Positions 26,290 through 37,973 of a stretch of 64,000 nt of DNA are shown here, one piece after another (position 1 is the first letter of the stretch; each line of letters opens with the position of its first letter). The notes below the pieces were generated by a model, which had not been told where the DNA came from, did not search any database, and saw nothing but the letters and a program-made list of their open reading frames with translations. This DNA is from Paraphysomonas bandaiensis (lineage: Eukaryota > Protista > Chrysophyceae), in contig CBFFRP010000645.1 of assembly GCA_965644295.1 (NCBI GenBank), positions 62,001 to 126,000 of the forward strand, read 5' to 3'. Made by a program: the position numbers and the translations under genes.

Positions 26290-27590
26290 TCCAAGTCCAT
26301 TCACCCTATGAACACGGAGGCCCCAGCAAACGAAGCTACATCACCAAAATGTAAAATTTCACTTACTTCAAAGTCTTATTATTATCAATAGGCGTTAAGA
26401 AATAGCACCAGCTTATAGTAGCTAGATGAAAACTATGCCTTTATCCCATATGGACATGGAGGGTCCTGGGAACGAACCCACTTCAACACATCCAAGTGCC
26501 CACCATCAGAGGTTTCATTGCAAGTGCCTTCATCCCATGGACATGGAAGGGCCTGGGAACGAAGCCACTTCAGAATATCCAAGTGTCCATCATAAGCAGC
26601 CCTTGAGCAAGTGCCTTTATCCCATGGATATGGAGGATCGTGGGAACGAACACTCTTCAACACATACAAGTGTCCACCCCCGACAGCACTAGCGCAAGTG
26701 CCTTCATCCCATGGACATGGAGGGTCCTGGGAACGAAGCCACTTCATAATATCCAAGTGTCCATCATAAGCAGCCCTTGAGCAAGTGCCTTTATCCCATG
26801 GACATGGAGGGTCCTGGGAACGAAGCCACTTCAGAATATCCAAGTGTCCACCACCCACCATAAGCAGCTTCAAGGCAAGTGCCTTTACTACCCCATGGAC
26901 ATGGAGGGCCCTGGGAACGAACCCACTTCAGAACATCCAAGCGTCCACCCCCGGCAGGACGATGCAAACGTCTTTGCACCATGGACATGGAGGGTCCTGG
27001 GAACGAACCCACTTCAGAACATCCAAGTGTCCATCATAAGCAGCCCTTGAGCAAGTGCCTTCATCCCATGGACATGGAAGGGCCTGGGAACGAAGCCACT
27101 TCAGAATATCCAAGTGTCCATCATAAGCAGCCCTTGAGCAAGTGCCTTTATCCCATGGATATGGAGGATCGTGGGAACGAACACTCTTCAACACATACAA
27201 GTGTCCACCCCCGACAGCACTAGCGCAAGTGCCTTCATCCCATGGACATGGAGGGTCCTGGGAACGAAGCCACTTCAGAATATCCAAGTGTCCACCACCC
27301 ACCATAAGCAGCTTCAAGGCAAGTGCCTTTACTACCCCATGGACATGGAGGGCCCTGGGAACGAACCCACTTCAGAACATCCAAGCGTCCACCATCAGCA
27401 GCAGCTCTGTAAGTCCATGAACCAATCCATGGACACTTCAATACATCCAGGTGTCCACCATGAGCAGCCTTGCAGCAAGTATATTCATTCCAGGGACATG
27501 GAGGGTCCTGAGAACGAACCCACTTCAATACATCTAAGTGCCCACCATCAGCAGCTTCAAGGCAAGTGCCTTCATCCCATGGACATGGAT
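26290..27590 (-). pseudogene. Frameshifted array of ankyrin-like repeats (about 13 units), inverted paralog of the 28255 gene, lacking the N-terminus
   Basis: GHLDVLKWLRSQDPPCPW units spread over several frames. Internal duplications at 444- and 531-bp offsets. The CPWIGS unit is shared with repeat 3 of the intact gene. Confidence 0.85.
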
Positions 27591-27603
27591 GGTAGTTTAT
27601 TAT

Positions 27604-28178
27604 CCACTTCATCTCACTTCATCTCACTTCATCTCACTTCAGCTCACTTCATCTCACTTCAGCTCACTTCATCTCACTTCAGGAGTTCATGTATACACCT
27701 GATTGGATATTGTTACTACAGACTAGCTACTCCATATAAACAGACCACATAGAGTATCTTGAAAGGTCACTCTCAGTCCAAGATACAATCACTTCATCTC
27801 ACTTCAGGAGTTCATGTATACACCTGATTGGATATTGTTACTACAGACTAGCTACTCTCTCCATATAGACAGTATCTTGAAAGGTCACTCTCTCAGTCCA
27901 AGAAGATACAATCACTTCATCTCACTTCAGGAGCTCATGTATACACCTGATTGGATATTGTTACTACAGACTAGCTACTCCATATAAACAGACCACATAG
28001 AGTATCTTGAAAGGTCACTCTCAGTCCAAGATACAATCACTTCATCTCACTTCAGGAGTTCATGTATACACCTGATTGGATATGTTACTATAAATAGTAC
28101 TATAGACACCTACACTTACAGTATCTTGAAAGGTCACTCTCAGTCCAAGATACAATCACTTCATCACACTTCAGTTCA
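27604..28178. repeat. (CTCACTTCAT)n tract followed by four tandem copies of a ~125-bp unit
   Basis: AGGAG anchor at 27681, 27806, 27929 and 28054. Confidence 0.93.
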
Positions 28179-28254
28179 TATGTATGTATATGTATGTATA
28201 GATAGTCATCTCATTATATATGTATATATACACTCTATAAGCTTCATATAATCA

Positions 28255-30117
28255 ATGAATCAGTGTACATATAAGTCGAATATCTCTCTTCTGAATGATG
28301 ATGTGTTACGTCTCATCATTTCTATGATCCCACACACAGCACTTCTTCCTGTCATCATGACATGTAAGAGACTCAACGATATCACTGATAGAAAGCGTGG
28401 GAGATTAAAGGTACATATAGTTGATTCCATGATATTTCATGGTAAAACGGGTCAGAGGAAAGCAAGACTTGAATCATATGCATCTCATTACTGTATGATG
28501 GACTCGTTGGTCTCATGGGCTCTGCATATGGGCTGCTCATACACACTCATGATGAATACATGTGCACAATACGGAAGAATACAGCAGATAGAATACCTTA
28601 CAAGACATCATACACATACATATATACATATGAAGATATGGGATGAATATACATGTAAAGCCGCTGCTAGAGGAGGACAGCTGCATGTTCTGGACTGGCT
28701 TCGTTCACAGGATCCTCCATGTCCATGGAATGCATATACTTGCAGTGCAGCTGCTAGAAGTGGACACCTGGATGTATTAAAGTGGCTTCGATCACAGGAC
28801 CCTCCATGTCCATGGATTGGTTCATTGACTTGCAAAGCTGCTGCGGAGGGTGGACACTTAGATGTATTGAAGTGGGTTCGTTCACAGGACCCTCCATGTC
28901 GTTGGGATAAAGACACTTGCAAAGCTGCTGCGGAGGGTGGACATTTGGATGTATTGAAGTGGCTTCGTTCACAGGACCCTCCATGTCCGTGGGATGAAGA
29001 CACTTGCGAAGTTGCCTCGAAAACAGGAGACTTAATTGTTCTGAAGTGGCTTCGTTCACAGGACCCTCCATGTCCATGGGATACACGATTTTTTTACAAG
29101 GCTTTCGACAGTGCTTCCAGGGGTGGGTACTTAGATGCACTAAAGTGGTTTTGTCCGCAGTGCCCTTCGGATATATTTCACGAATTTAGTTGCTGCATGG
29201 CTGCTAGTTGTGGGCACTTGGATGTTCTGGAGTGGCTTCGTTCCCAGGACCCTCCATGTCCATGGGGTAAAGGGATTTGGCGTTATGCTGCGTATGGTGG
29301 ACACTTGAATGTACTGATGTGGCTTCGTTCCCAGAACCTTCCAGATCCATGGGATGAAAGCACTTGCACCAATGCTGCTTATGGTGGACACTTGAATGTA
29401 CTGATGTGGCTTCGTTCCCAGGACCCTCCATGTCCATGGGATGAAGACACTTGCAGCAAGGCTGCTTGTGGCGGGCACGTGGATGTGTTGAAGTGGCTTC
29501 GTTCACAGGACCCTCCATGTCCATGGGATGCAGGCATTTGCAATGATGCTGCATGTGAAGGACAGTTGAACATGCTGATGTGGCTTCGTTCACAGGACCC
29601 TCCATGTCCATGGAATGAAGGCACTTGTACTCGTGCAGCCAGAAGTGCACACTTGGATGTGTTGAAGTGGCTTCGTTCCCAGGACCCTCCATGTCCATGG
29701 GGTGAAGGCACTGTAAAAGCTGCTATTACGTGTGCACACTTGGATGTGTTGAAGTGGCTTCGCTCCCAGGACCCTCCTTGCCCATGGGATGAAACCACTT
29801 GCACTGATGCTGCCATGTGCGAACACTTGGATGTTCTGAAGTGGTTTCGTTCACAGGACTTGCCATGTCCATGGGATGAAGGCATGGTAGATACTGCTTA
29901 TGTGTGTGCACACTTGGATTTTCCGAAGTGGTTTCGTTCCCAGGACCTTCCATGTCCATGGGATGAAGGCATTTTACATGCTGCTTATGTGTGTGCGCTA
30001 TTCGATGTTTTGAATTGGCTTCGTTCCCAGGACCCTCCGTGTCCAGGGCGTATAAAAAGATTCAGTACTGTTGCTGCACATAGAGACGATGCGAAACTGG
30101 TGCTGTTGTTTCGTTAA
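28255..30117 (+). CDS. Intronless F-box-like plus 16x 29-aa ankyrin-like repeat protein (620 aa)
   Basis: N-terminal SLLNDDVLRLIISMIP...VIMTCKRL resembles an F-box. Repeats follow WDExTCxxAAxxGHLDVLKWLRSQDPPCP. Confidence 0.85.
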   Translation: MNQCTYKSNISLLNDDVLRLIISMIPHTALLPVIMTCKRLNDITDRKRGRLKVHIVDSMIFHGKTGQRKARLESYASHYCMMDSLVSWALHMGCSYTLMMNTCAQYGRIQQIEYLTRHHTHTYIHMKIWDEYTCKAAARGGQLHVLDWLRSQDPPCPWNAYTCSAAARSGHLDVLKWLRSQDPPCPWIGSLTCKAAAEGGHLDVLKWVRSQDPPCRWDKDTCKAAAEGGHLDVLKWLRSQDPPCPWDEDTCEVASKTGDLIVLKWLRSQDPPCPWDTRFFYKAFDSASRGGYLDALKWFCPQCPSDIFHEFSCCMAASCGHLDVLEWLRSQDPPCPWGKGIWRYAAYGGHLNVLMWLRSQNLPDPWDESTCTNAAYGGHLNVLMWLRSQDPPCPWDEDTCSKAACGGHVDVLKWLRSQDPPCPWDAGICNDAACEGQLNMLMWLRSQDPPCPWNEGTCTRAARSAHLDVLKWLRSQDPPCPWGEGTVKAAITCAHLDVLKWLRSQDPPCPWDETTCTDAAMCEHLDVLKWFRSQDLPCPWDEGMVDTAYVCAHLDFPKWFRSQDLPCPWDEGILHAAYVCALFDVLNWLRSQDPPCPGRIKRFSTVAAHRDDAKLVLLFR

Positions 30118-31117
30118 CTGGACTCTCCATATTCATGGATTGAATGGGCTTGCTCTTATAATGCGAAGTGTGGAGACGTGGATGTTCTGAAGTGGCTTCG
30201 TTAGCAGGGCTGTACAGCTTCGTATATGGAAAAGGATGATTACAATCCCATGATAATCGCGTCTTGTTTTATTTCAATCCAAGTCGCGTACTGTATAGTA
30301 TTGTAGAATTTATGTAATAATATAGAAACACGACAACGAAGTGAAAGAGAAATTTAATTACCACACGTCTACCTTCCAACGCCCTCCGTCATCGTATACA
30401 GCGCAGGGATTCTCGTACCCACGTGCCCTCCTCCCTTGAAAACTAATACGCGAAACTTTTTGTATATGTGGCCCATGACTATATTATTGTGTGCGTATGA
30501 CAAAGCATTGGCTTCTTAGCGGTTTAGCCCCCTACCTCCAGAATGTACGGAGTTTCTCCAGGATTGCGATTGCATTTACAATTGCCTACAGCTTGCGCCA
30601 ATTAAGATTTACGCAGCCCTGGTTTTCTCGTAATCAATGTATGAGCTACGCAAGTATTATGTAGATAATGTAGATCTAGCTAAAGATTATTGGCGCCATT
30701 CTCAAGAAATACACTAAGAATATCAGCTGTTGACATATTAACATTTAGAAGCAAGTAGATGAACTCTGAAACAACACACTCTCACTGAATAAAAATTATG
30801 AAATTATATCCCCATTTTGTCTCAAAAACTTTTTGTGACCTGAATTGGGCTCAACAGAGCGCCCATATCACATAATACAGACTTTTAACTTCAATATTCG
30901 GTTCAACGACCGAAATTTACTTCTATCTTAATTATGATATTCACTGTCATGTGTATGTAATATCATTGTGTTAAACACATATAGAGAAACCACAATGATT
31001 AGCTAACTACTAAAAGCTTATCATCAAGCACTCCAAGAATATTACAGGAGAGTTCAAATGCCACATCTGATGCTGAAGTTGATTCGGAGCAATAGCACCA
31101 AGTCTCAGAGTCGTTCT

Positions 31118-31383
31118 AATGAAGAATTGATCTTTATAATAGTAAAACGATGTTGTGATTATTAGAGTGTAAGTAAAGAACACGATAGAGTGAAAAATTA
31201 TGAATAACAATATAGAACGTACTATCATGCACAACGGAATAGTTAGAAGTGTAACTGATAATGACGACGTTATGATGACGATCACGTATCTTCGACAGAT
31301 ACTCTCTCTAATTCAGTTCATGGTATATTTCATTGAACATTATAACTCACAGATATAATCATGTATTAAGCTGAATCCTAATA
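31118..31383 (-). repeat. 3' LTR of copia-1
   Basis: Identical by eye to 36576-36841. Confidence 0.95.
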
Positions 31384-31395
31384 CGCCCCCTCAAT
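31384..31395 (-). other. Polypurine tract ATTGAGGGGGCG
   Basis: Directly abuts the 3' LTR. Confidence 0.85.
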
Positions 31396-31583
31396 GAAAT
31401 AATCAGTGAACCGTAGATAATAGAGAGAATATGAACTTATGCACACTGAGAGTAAAAACCAGAGTAGCAGTCACTAGTCAATAATGAGCGAACTGCAGAG
31501 ATGCCATATTGTGAGACCATCCTTCTAGTCCAGCATCATGTATTGAATAAAAGTAAAAAAAAATGGTAAAAACTCCGTGTAAC

Positions 31584-34500
31584 TCAAACTAGCCACCTAG
31601 GTCGCTTGTGGTTTGTTAATTGTGATTTAGGTGTCTCTGAGGTTGTTGATCGCTTCCTGTTGCTGCTGGATGGGATGTCGAACCCAGCTCCCCCCATCAA
31701 TGTAGTTCGCAATTGAAGAAAATTAGTTGTTCCTAGTGGTTTCGTGAGAAGATCGGCTAACATTGACGTGGTGGGAATATGGTCAACAGTCAATTGGTTT
31801 TCGGCAATATTTTCTCGAATGAAATGATACCGTATTGCAATATGTTTCGTACGACGATGATGAGTAGGATTGTAACATAATTGGACTGCCCCTTTATTAT
31901 CGCACCAAATAGTTGTTGAGAATGGAAGTTTGAAACCAATTTCTGATAATAAAGAGCGTAGCCATAATGCTTCCTGAGCTGCTGACGATAGAGCCATATA
32001 CTCAGCTTCAGTAGATGACAATGCCACAGTTGTCTGTAATCGAGATTGCCATGATATAAGACAATTACCTATGAAGAATGTAAAGGCTGTAGTGGATCGT
32101 CGAGTGAGGTGACACCGTGCCCAATCGCTATCGCAGTATCCTGACAATGTTATGTGGGATCCAGAATATATCAATCCTTGCTTAGCAGTGCCTTTGAGAT
32201 ACCTAAGAACATGTAATGCAGCATTACAGGTAGTTAGATTAGGCATATCAGAAAATCTGGCAAGAGTATTGACTGCGTAGGCGATATCCGGTCGAGTGCA
32301 AACAGCTAGATACATCAGGGAACCTACGAGCTCCTTGTAGGGGAAATTCTGAACATAACTTTGATTTGACTCTGAAAGATGATTGTATTCATGTAAATCA
32401 TAGTTGAAAGACAGTAACATAGGTGTTGACATGGGTTTACTGTTAGACATGTTGAATTTGTCCAGTAGTTTCCTGACGTACTGCTCCTGACTGAGAGTCG
32501 TGATATTTTTGTCAAAGTCTTGGTGAATGGAGATGCCCAAGTAATAGTCTAGGAGTCCGAGATCCGTAATTTCGAACTTTTTGGATAAATGGTCTTTGAA
32601 TTGTTGGATATCAGTGTCGGATGTAGATGCTATAATAATATCATCCACATACATGGCTATTAGCATAATCCTGCCATTAATCTGCTTTTTGAATATACAC
32701 GGGTCAGATATTAGTCTGGTGAAACCCATATCTAGCATAAAATTTGTACAGCACTTATACCAGTTAAGACCTGCTTGCTTTAGACCATCAGTTTGAGGAT
32801 TTTTCCGTCAGGGAGCATGTATATGTCCTCTTCGAGGTCAGCATTGATGTACACAGTTGTGAAATCGATTTGGTGCAATTTGAGTCTCATAATGGTCGAA
32901 AGGGCAATAATTGTACGTAGTGATGTAGCCTTCGCGACGGGGCTGTATGTATCATTGTAATCGATGCCTTGGATTTGAGTAAAACCCTGTGCGACTAGTC
33001 GAGCCTTGAATTTGATATCATTCTGTTTTCTTTTTATTTTGAATATGAGTTTCCCCTTTATGGCTCTTGCTCCAGGTGGTAACGCAGTGTATCTCCAGCA
33101 CCCTTTCCTCTGAAGAGTGGATATTTCTCTATTGATAGCATCGATCCACTGCTGTTTATATTTACCTGAAATAGCATCTTGAACACTCTTTGGTGTATCG
33201 GTTAGCTCGTCAATGTCATCGCAATTACTGATAGCATGCATAACAATATCAATATTGTTTGTATGTAATTTTGATATACATTGTGTGTCATGTGCCATAT
33301 GATTTACTACATGTTTGGCATTTACATCACATGTATATACACCATCACCAAGTTTATGTATATTTACAATTACCCGTTTCCTGGCCATTCTCTTGCTTCG
33401 GAGAACACTCTTTTTACCAGCTAAAAATTGTTGTTTTGCTGTTGCACGGACCTTACTTGGCCCTTCAGGTGTATCCTGATTTTCCCAATCTCCCGATGAA
33501 TCAGCAGGCTTGTTGCAGCGTTTGGCCACACGCTGACGCACACGATCCACTTGACCGTGTGGTGCCGGATTCGGCACTTGATTCCCATTGAATTTTTTCG
33601 GAGGGCGAGTCTTCGCTATCTTTGCATCGGAGTGGGTAGGTTCACACCGATGGCTGCTGATTCTCTCCTGCGCGGCATCATGATGTCTTAGGTTCACGCC
33701 ACTCCCCCTGGAAGTAGCGTCTGGCGCTGGAGATCCATTAACTGTATCGGGGTCTCGATCTGATTTGCTGGATTTATGTATTGGATTTTTCGATCGAGAA
33801 GTATTACATTTGAGACCAACTGCTTTGAGTTCAATGTAGTCTTCAGTATACTTTTCGACGTCTGCAGCATGAATGGGGTCTTCGAGCTGGATGAGTCGTG
33901 TCTTGTCACCGTTGTCGTCCACTAGACCACGATACGCTGCGATTAATCCTTTTCTGAGCTTTATTTGAGTCGTTACATATGTTAATCCATCGTCTGGATC
34001 TACATGAGCTAGACCTATGAGATATTTGAAACTTTCTACTGTCCTGGAGGTCTCATTCTCTCTGAAGATCTCATTTATCTCCTTAAAATATCTCTTATCC
34101 GCTGGTGGAACACATTCGTTGAAAAATACATGTCCTGATATAACAAAGTCTCTTAATGCGGGAACAAAGACTATATATCCAGGACCATCCTCTCGATAGC
34201 CCATAAAATACCCTGGCCAGCTATGTCTGTCCCAGTTGTTCTTTCGGAGACTGGAATCGATATTCACAAAACATTTACATCCCCATATTCTGGCATAACT
34301 CAAGTCTGGTATTTCGTTTTCGATGAATTGGAGTGGGGACATGAATCCTTTAGCAGTTTTGCAAGGTAGTCTGTTCTTCATGTGTGTGGATGTCTTCATG
34401 GCTTGTTCCCAGAAATTCGTTGGAAGACCTGAATCCATCAAGCTACTAAGTGCTCGTTCTTTGATGGTTCTCCATGGTCGCTCTTGAAATGGGTTGTCCT

Positions 34501-36565
34501 CGGGAGTATAGGGAGCGTTAAAAGTCCATGTTGCTCCAATGTATTGGAGATATTCCAATACTTTTCGTGAGACTAGTTCCTTCCCTCCATCGGCATGGTA
34601 ATGTTGTAGTTGTTTACCCCTACTGCGTAGATACGTGACGACTTTCTGGATGGATTGGATAACGAAATTTTCATCTCTTGTTGTTCCGTAGAAGTCCCAC
34701 TGGTACCTTGATGCTACATCGGCGATCCCAAGTACATATCGATTTCCGGTAATAATTGCATCGGGTGTATGTGGTCCTGAGAAATCGGCTACTATGAGCT
34801 CCCCCAGTTCCTTTGCCCTTCTCATTCTTTTCAACAACATTTGGCGGGTGGCATTCCTGTGCTTTCGTCTATGTGATTTCCCAGTCGCACATCCATCGCA
34901 TAAACCGCCAGGTAGGGAGGCAACACTCATCTCCTCTTTTGTCATCTTGACACCAGTTATTAGACGTGATTTTATTGCCTTCTGTATGAGTCCAAGTGAT
35001 GCATGTGCTAGTCTCTTATGTGCTAACAGTGCGGGTTGACCTGAGGCAGTTGATGCGAGGTGAGATTCATCAGTGGGAATACCGAGGTCTGATAGTGGAA
35101 TTTCGTATAGGCCTCCAACGCGCTGGCCTTTCGATAGCAATATGCCGTCTTTAAATATTTCCACTGACTGGTTTCTGAATATGATTTCATGTCCGAGATC
35201 ATCCAGTTGGCTAATAGAAATGAGGGTCCTAGACGCTTGGTCCACGTGTTTGCACTTGGGAATGATTCCAAGTCTTCCATGACCTGAGGATATCATTGTA
35301 GACCCTGATTTGGCTGTTTGAATCTCGGTGAGGCAATCAGTGTAGTCCGTAAGGTAGCTTGCTTCTGATGTAATTGATACTGTGCACCCCGAGTCAAGAG
35401 ATCCCATTCCTGCCTTTTGGTCACTAACGAAGTGTGATTCATCGCTCGGTGTGTAAGCAACTCCTCCGTAGTCTCGTCCTTTTTGATAGTCTGACGATGG
35501 ACCGCTGTCTTCATAATTTGCAAGTTGATCAGAGTGGTCGTGGAAATATTCGTTACTCTGAGTCTGGAATTTCACTCTCTTGAATTTCGGTTTTCCTCTT
35601 GTTGATGACTTGTTGTCGGAGGAGCTTTTCATCTCTTGAATCTTCTCCCAGGAGTGCTTGCATTCCGATGCAATGTGCCCCTTTCCTCCGCATCTGAAGC
35701 ACTTAATGTCTTTATCGGTTCTCTTATCATGTTTCTGTTTATTGGAGCGATATTTGGAAGATGTCCCCCTTTTTCGCTTAAAATTGACTTTGCTGCGGGA
35801 AAATGGGGTTTTTGATGCTGCGAGGTGACTACTGTCAGTTTTTGTGTCTTCATTGTTGGATGATAGGAGCGTTCCAACAGACGAGCTTCCTAACCCGCGA
35901 AGTCTGCGAATCAATACTTTATAATCATCAATTGGATGTAGCTGCAGATTAATTGCCAATTCTCGGTAAACCATGTTATCTTCTGAAACAATTCCCTGTC
36001 GTATTCGGGATATTAAGTCTTGGTCGTTGATCCGATGACCATAATTGATAAGCTTGTTTTTGAGTTTTTCGATAGCGTCAAGAAAATTGATTATTGACTG
36101 ACCTTTTTTGATTTTTAGGCTCTGAAATTGACCAATCAGGTCGGTGATTACATCGTTAGTCGTTTTTTCTTTGAAGTGGGATAGCAAATCCGTCCAGGCG
36201 GTTTTTCCGTCTCCATCGGGGACGTTTTCCAAAATCCCTTCGGCCTCTTCATCCTGACCAATGACAGCGCTCGAAATGACAGACCATAGGTAGTTATTAC
36301 CTTCATCATAATATCGTTTCGTTTCGTGATACTGGTCGAGTCGATATTGGTAATCTTCGTCATCTGAAATCTCTCCTTCTTCAGGTTCAGTTGGATGATC
36401 GTTTTGTAGGGTATAAACGATCTTGGGCTTTCTGTAAAACCATGCACGGCACTTCTTCTGCCACTTGGAGAAGTTCTTCGCGTCGAACTTTGGCATTGAG
36501 TCTTTCTGTTTTTCGGTTGTTGAATCCGAGTCGGTTGAGTCGTAACTTGTAACTTTAACTGACAT
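31584..36565 (-). pseudogene. Copia gag-pol polyprotein, frameshifted in RT at about 32790
   Basis: CFRCGGKGHIASEC knuckle, LDSG protease, HKRLAH...CDGC zinc finger, integrase (ADF, HADGG, ERPW), KARLVAQG. Then in a different frame: GLKQAG, YVDD, CDSDWA, TKHIAIRYHF. Confidence 0.92.
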
Positions 36566-36575
36566 CTCGCTACCA
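36566..36575 (-). other. Primer-binding site TGGTAGCGAG (probably initiator tRNA-Met)
   Basis: TGG immediately after the 5' LTR. It implies a tRNA with A73 and U72, as in eukaryotic initiator tRNA. The gag ATG follows directly. Confidence 0.75.
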
Positions 36576-36841
36576 AATGAAGAATTGATCTTTATAATAG
36601 TAAAACGATGTTGTGATTATTAGAGTGTAAGTAAAGAACACGATAGAGTGAAAAATTATGAATAACAATATAGAACGTACTATCATGCACAACGGAATAG
36701 TTAGAAGTGTAACTGATAATGACGACGTTATGATGACGATCACGTATCTTCGACAGATACTCTCTCTAATTCAGTTCATGGTATATTTCATTGAACATTA
36801 TAACTCACAGATATAATCATGTATTAAGCTGAATCCTAATA
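36576..36841 (-). repeat. 5' LTR of copia-1
   Basis: Identical by eye to 31118-31383. Confidence 0.95.
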
Positions 36842-37294
36842 GTTCTTTTCAGGATTGTGTGCGCCATGTAGGAATAAATCGACCTTTCTTAGTGAAATGT
36901 GAAATATATTGGTCATCGAAAAACAGCATGCCTCAAAACAGGATTTTGCTTCATTGACATATTTCCCTAGATCGACATATTCCGTATTCCCACAAACAGA
37001 ACTCGTTGTAGAGAAGAGAAATGTGAAAAAAATTGTGAAAGTGTATCTTTTATGTTCAATTCCATAACTTTTTCATTTTAGTAATCGAAATACTCTGGTT
37101 TTCACACAAAATAGCCCAATCGTAGTGCACTGTATAGCAGTGTATGTACAAAGTGCATCATGCGTTCTTAACAAAAAAAACTATCCACAAATCCTATCTT
37201 TTTAAAAACCTCTGTATTCCTCTTCAGGCCAATATTAGTTAAACCTAATCACAAGTACAACACAGCATTACTCTATATTCCATACAGCTTGAAC

Positions 37295-37973
37295 ATGAGT
37301 ATTTCATCTGAGTTAGTGTCTAAAGAAGCTGACGACTTCCTAGCCTGCAAGAAGAAGCAGATATTGATTATTGTGAGTCGAACGCTCAAGTCAAGGAACC
37401 ATTGAAGGTGATGAGATCGATGCATTCATCATAGATACGACCGACTTGAGCCATGTGGAGAAGTATTCACGTAGAGTTAATGCTTTGGAAGGAAATTGTT
37501 ACAGAGAGTTCTTGAATTGCATCGAGTGCTTGCCTAAAACAAACCCAAAGACTGGAAGGTCCAATAGTACGGTTAGAGTCTTGAAAGGATTAAAAGTCCT
37601 CAAGATATTACCTGATAATTTCAAACAGGCCGCGTCAAAATTTAATAAAGTGGACAAGAAGCGGTTTGAAGACGCTGTGGTGGTTGCTGTTGGAAATGCT
37701 CTTCACTTGCAGACATTGAAAACGGCGTTATTGATTCCATTTAGTGAAATGATCCGGGAGAATGGCAATCGTGATGTAAATGTTGACAATTGTCTTGCAA
37801 ATATGATTGCATTGTTAGCATGGCTACTGGTAGCTCCTGAATCAGCAGAATTTTGGACGAAATTGGGTGCTGATGCTCCTTCGACTGGTGATACACTCAC
37901 ATTCCTGGAACAGATTGAAGGTTGGAGAGTTAGTATTGGAGAGTATCTATTGTCAATTGCAATGTTGGTGTGA
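37295..37973 (+). CDS. Hypothetical protein or pseudogene (frame break near 37400)
   Basis: Protein-like 175+ aa open frame. The upstream ATG at 37295 is in a different frame. No recognisable motif. Confidence 0.35.

Larger units (their letters stand above)
31118..36841 (-). mobile_element. Full-length Ty1/copia LTR retrotransposon (copia-1)
   Basis: Two 266-bp LTRs, TSD GTTCT (31113-31117 and 36842-36846), PBS, PPT, gag-PR-IN-RT-RH order. Confidence 0.97.

Noticed and set aside
27664-28178. CRISPR-like repeat/spacer appearance
   Set aside because: The constant part is about 90 bp, the variable middles are related (copies 1 and 3 are the same), there are no cas genes, and the context is eukaryotic.
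30480-30720. Coding-like fragments downstream of the ankyrin gene
   Set aside because: No continuous frame and no recognisable motif.
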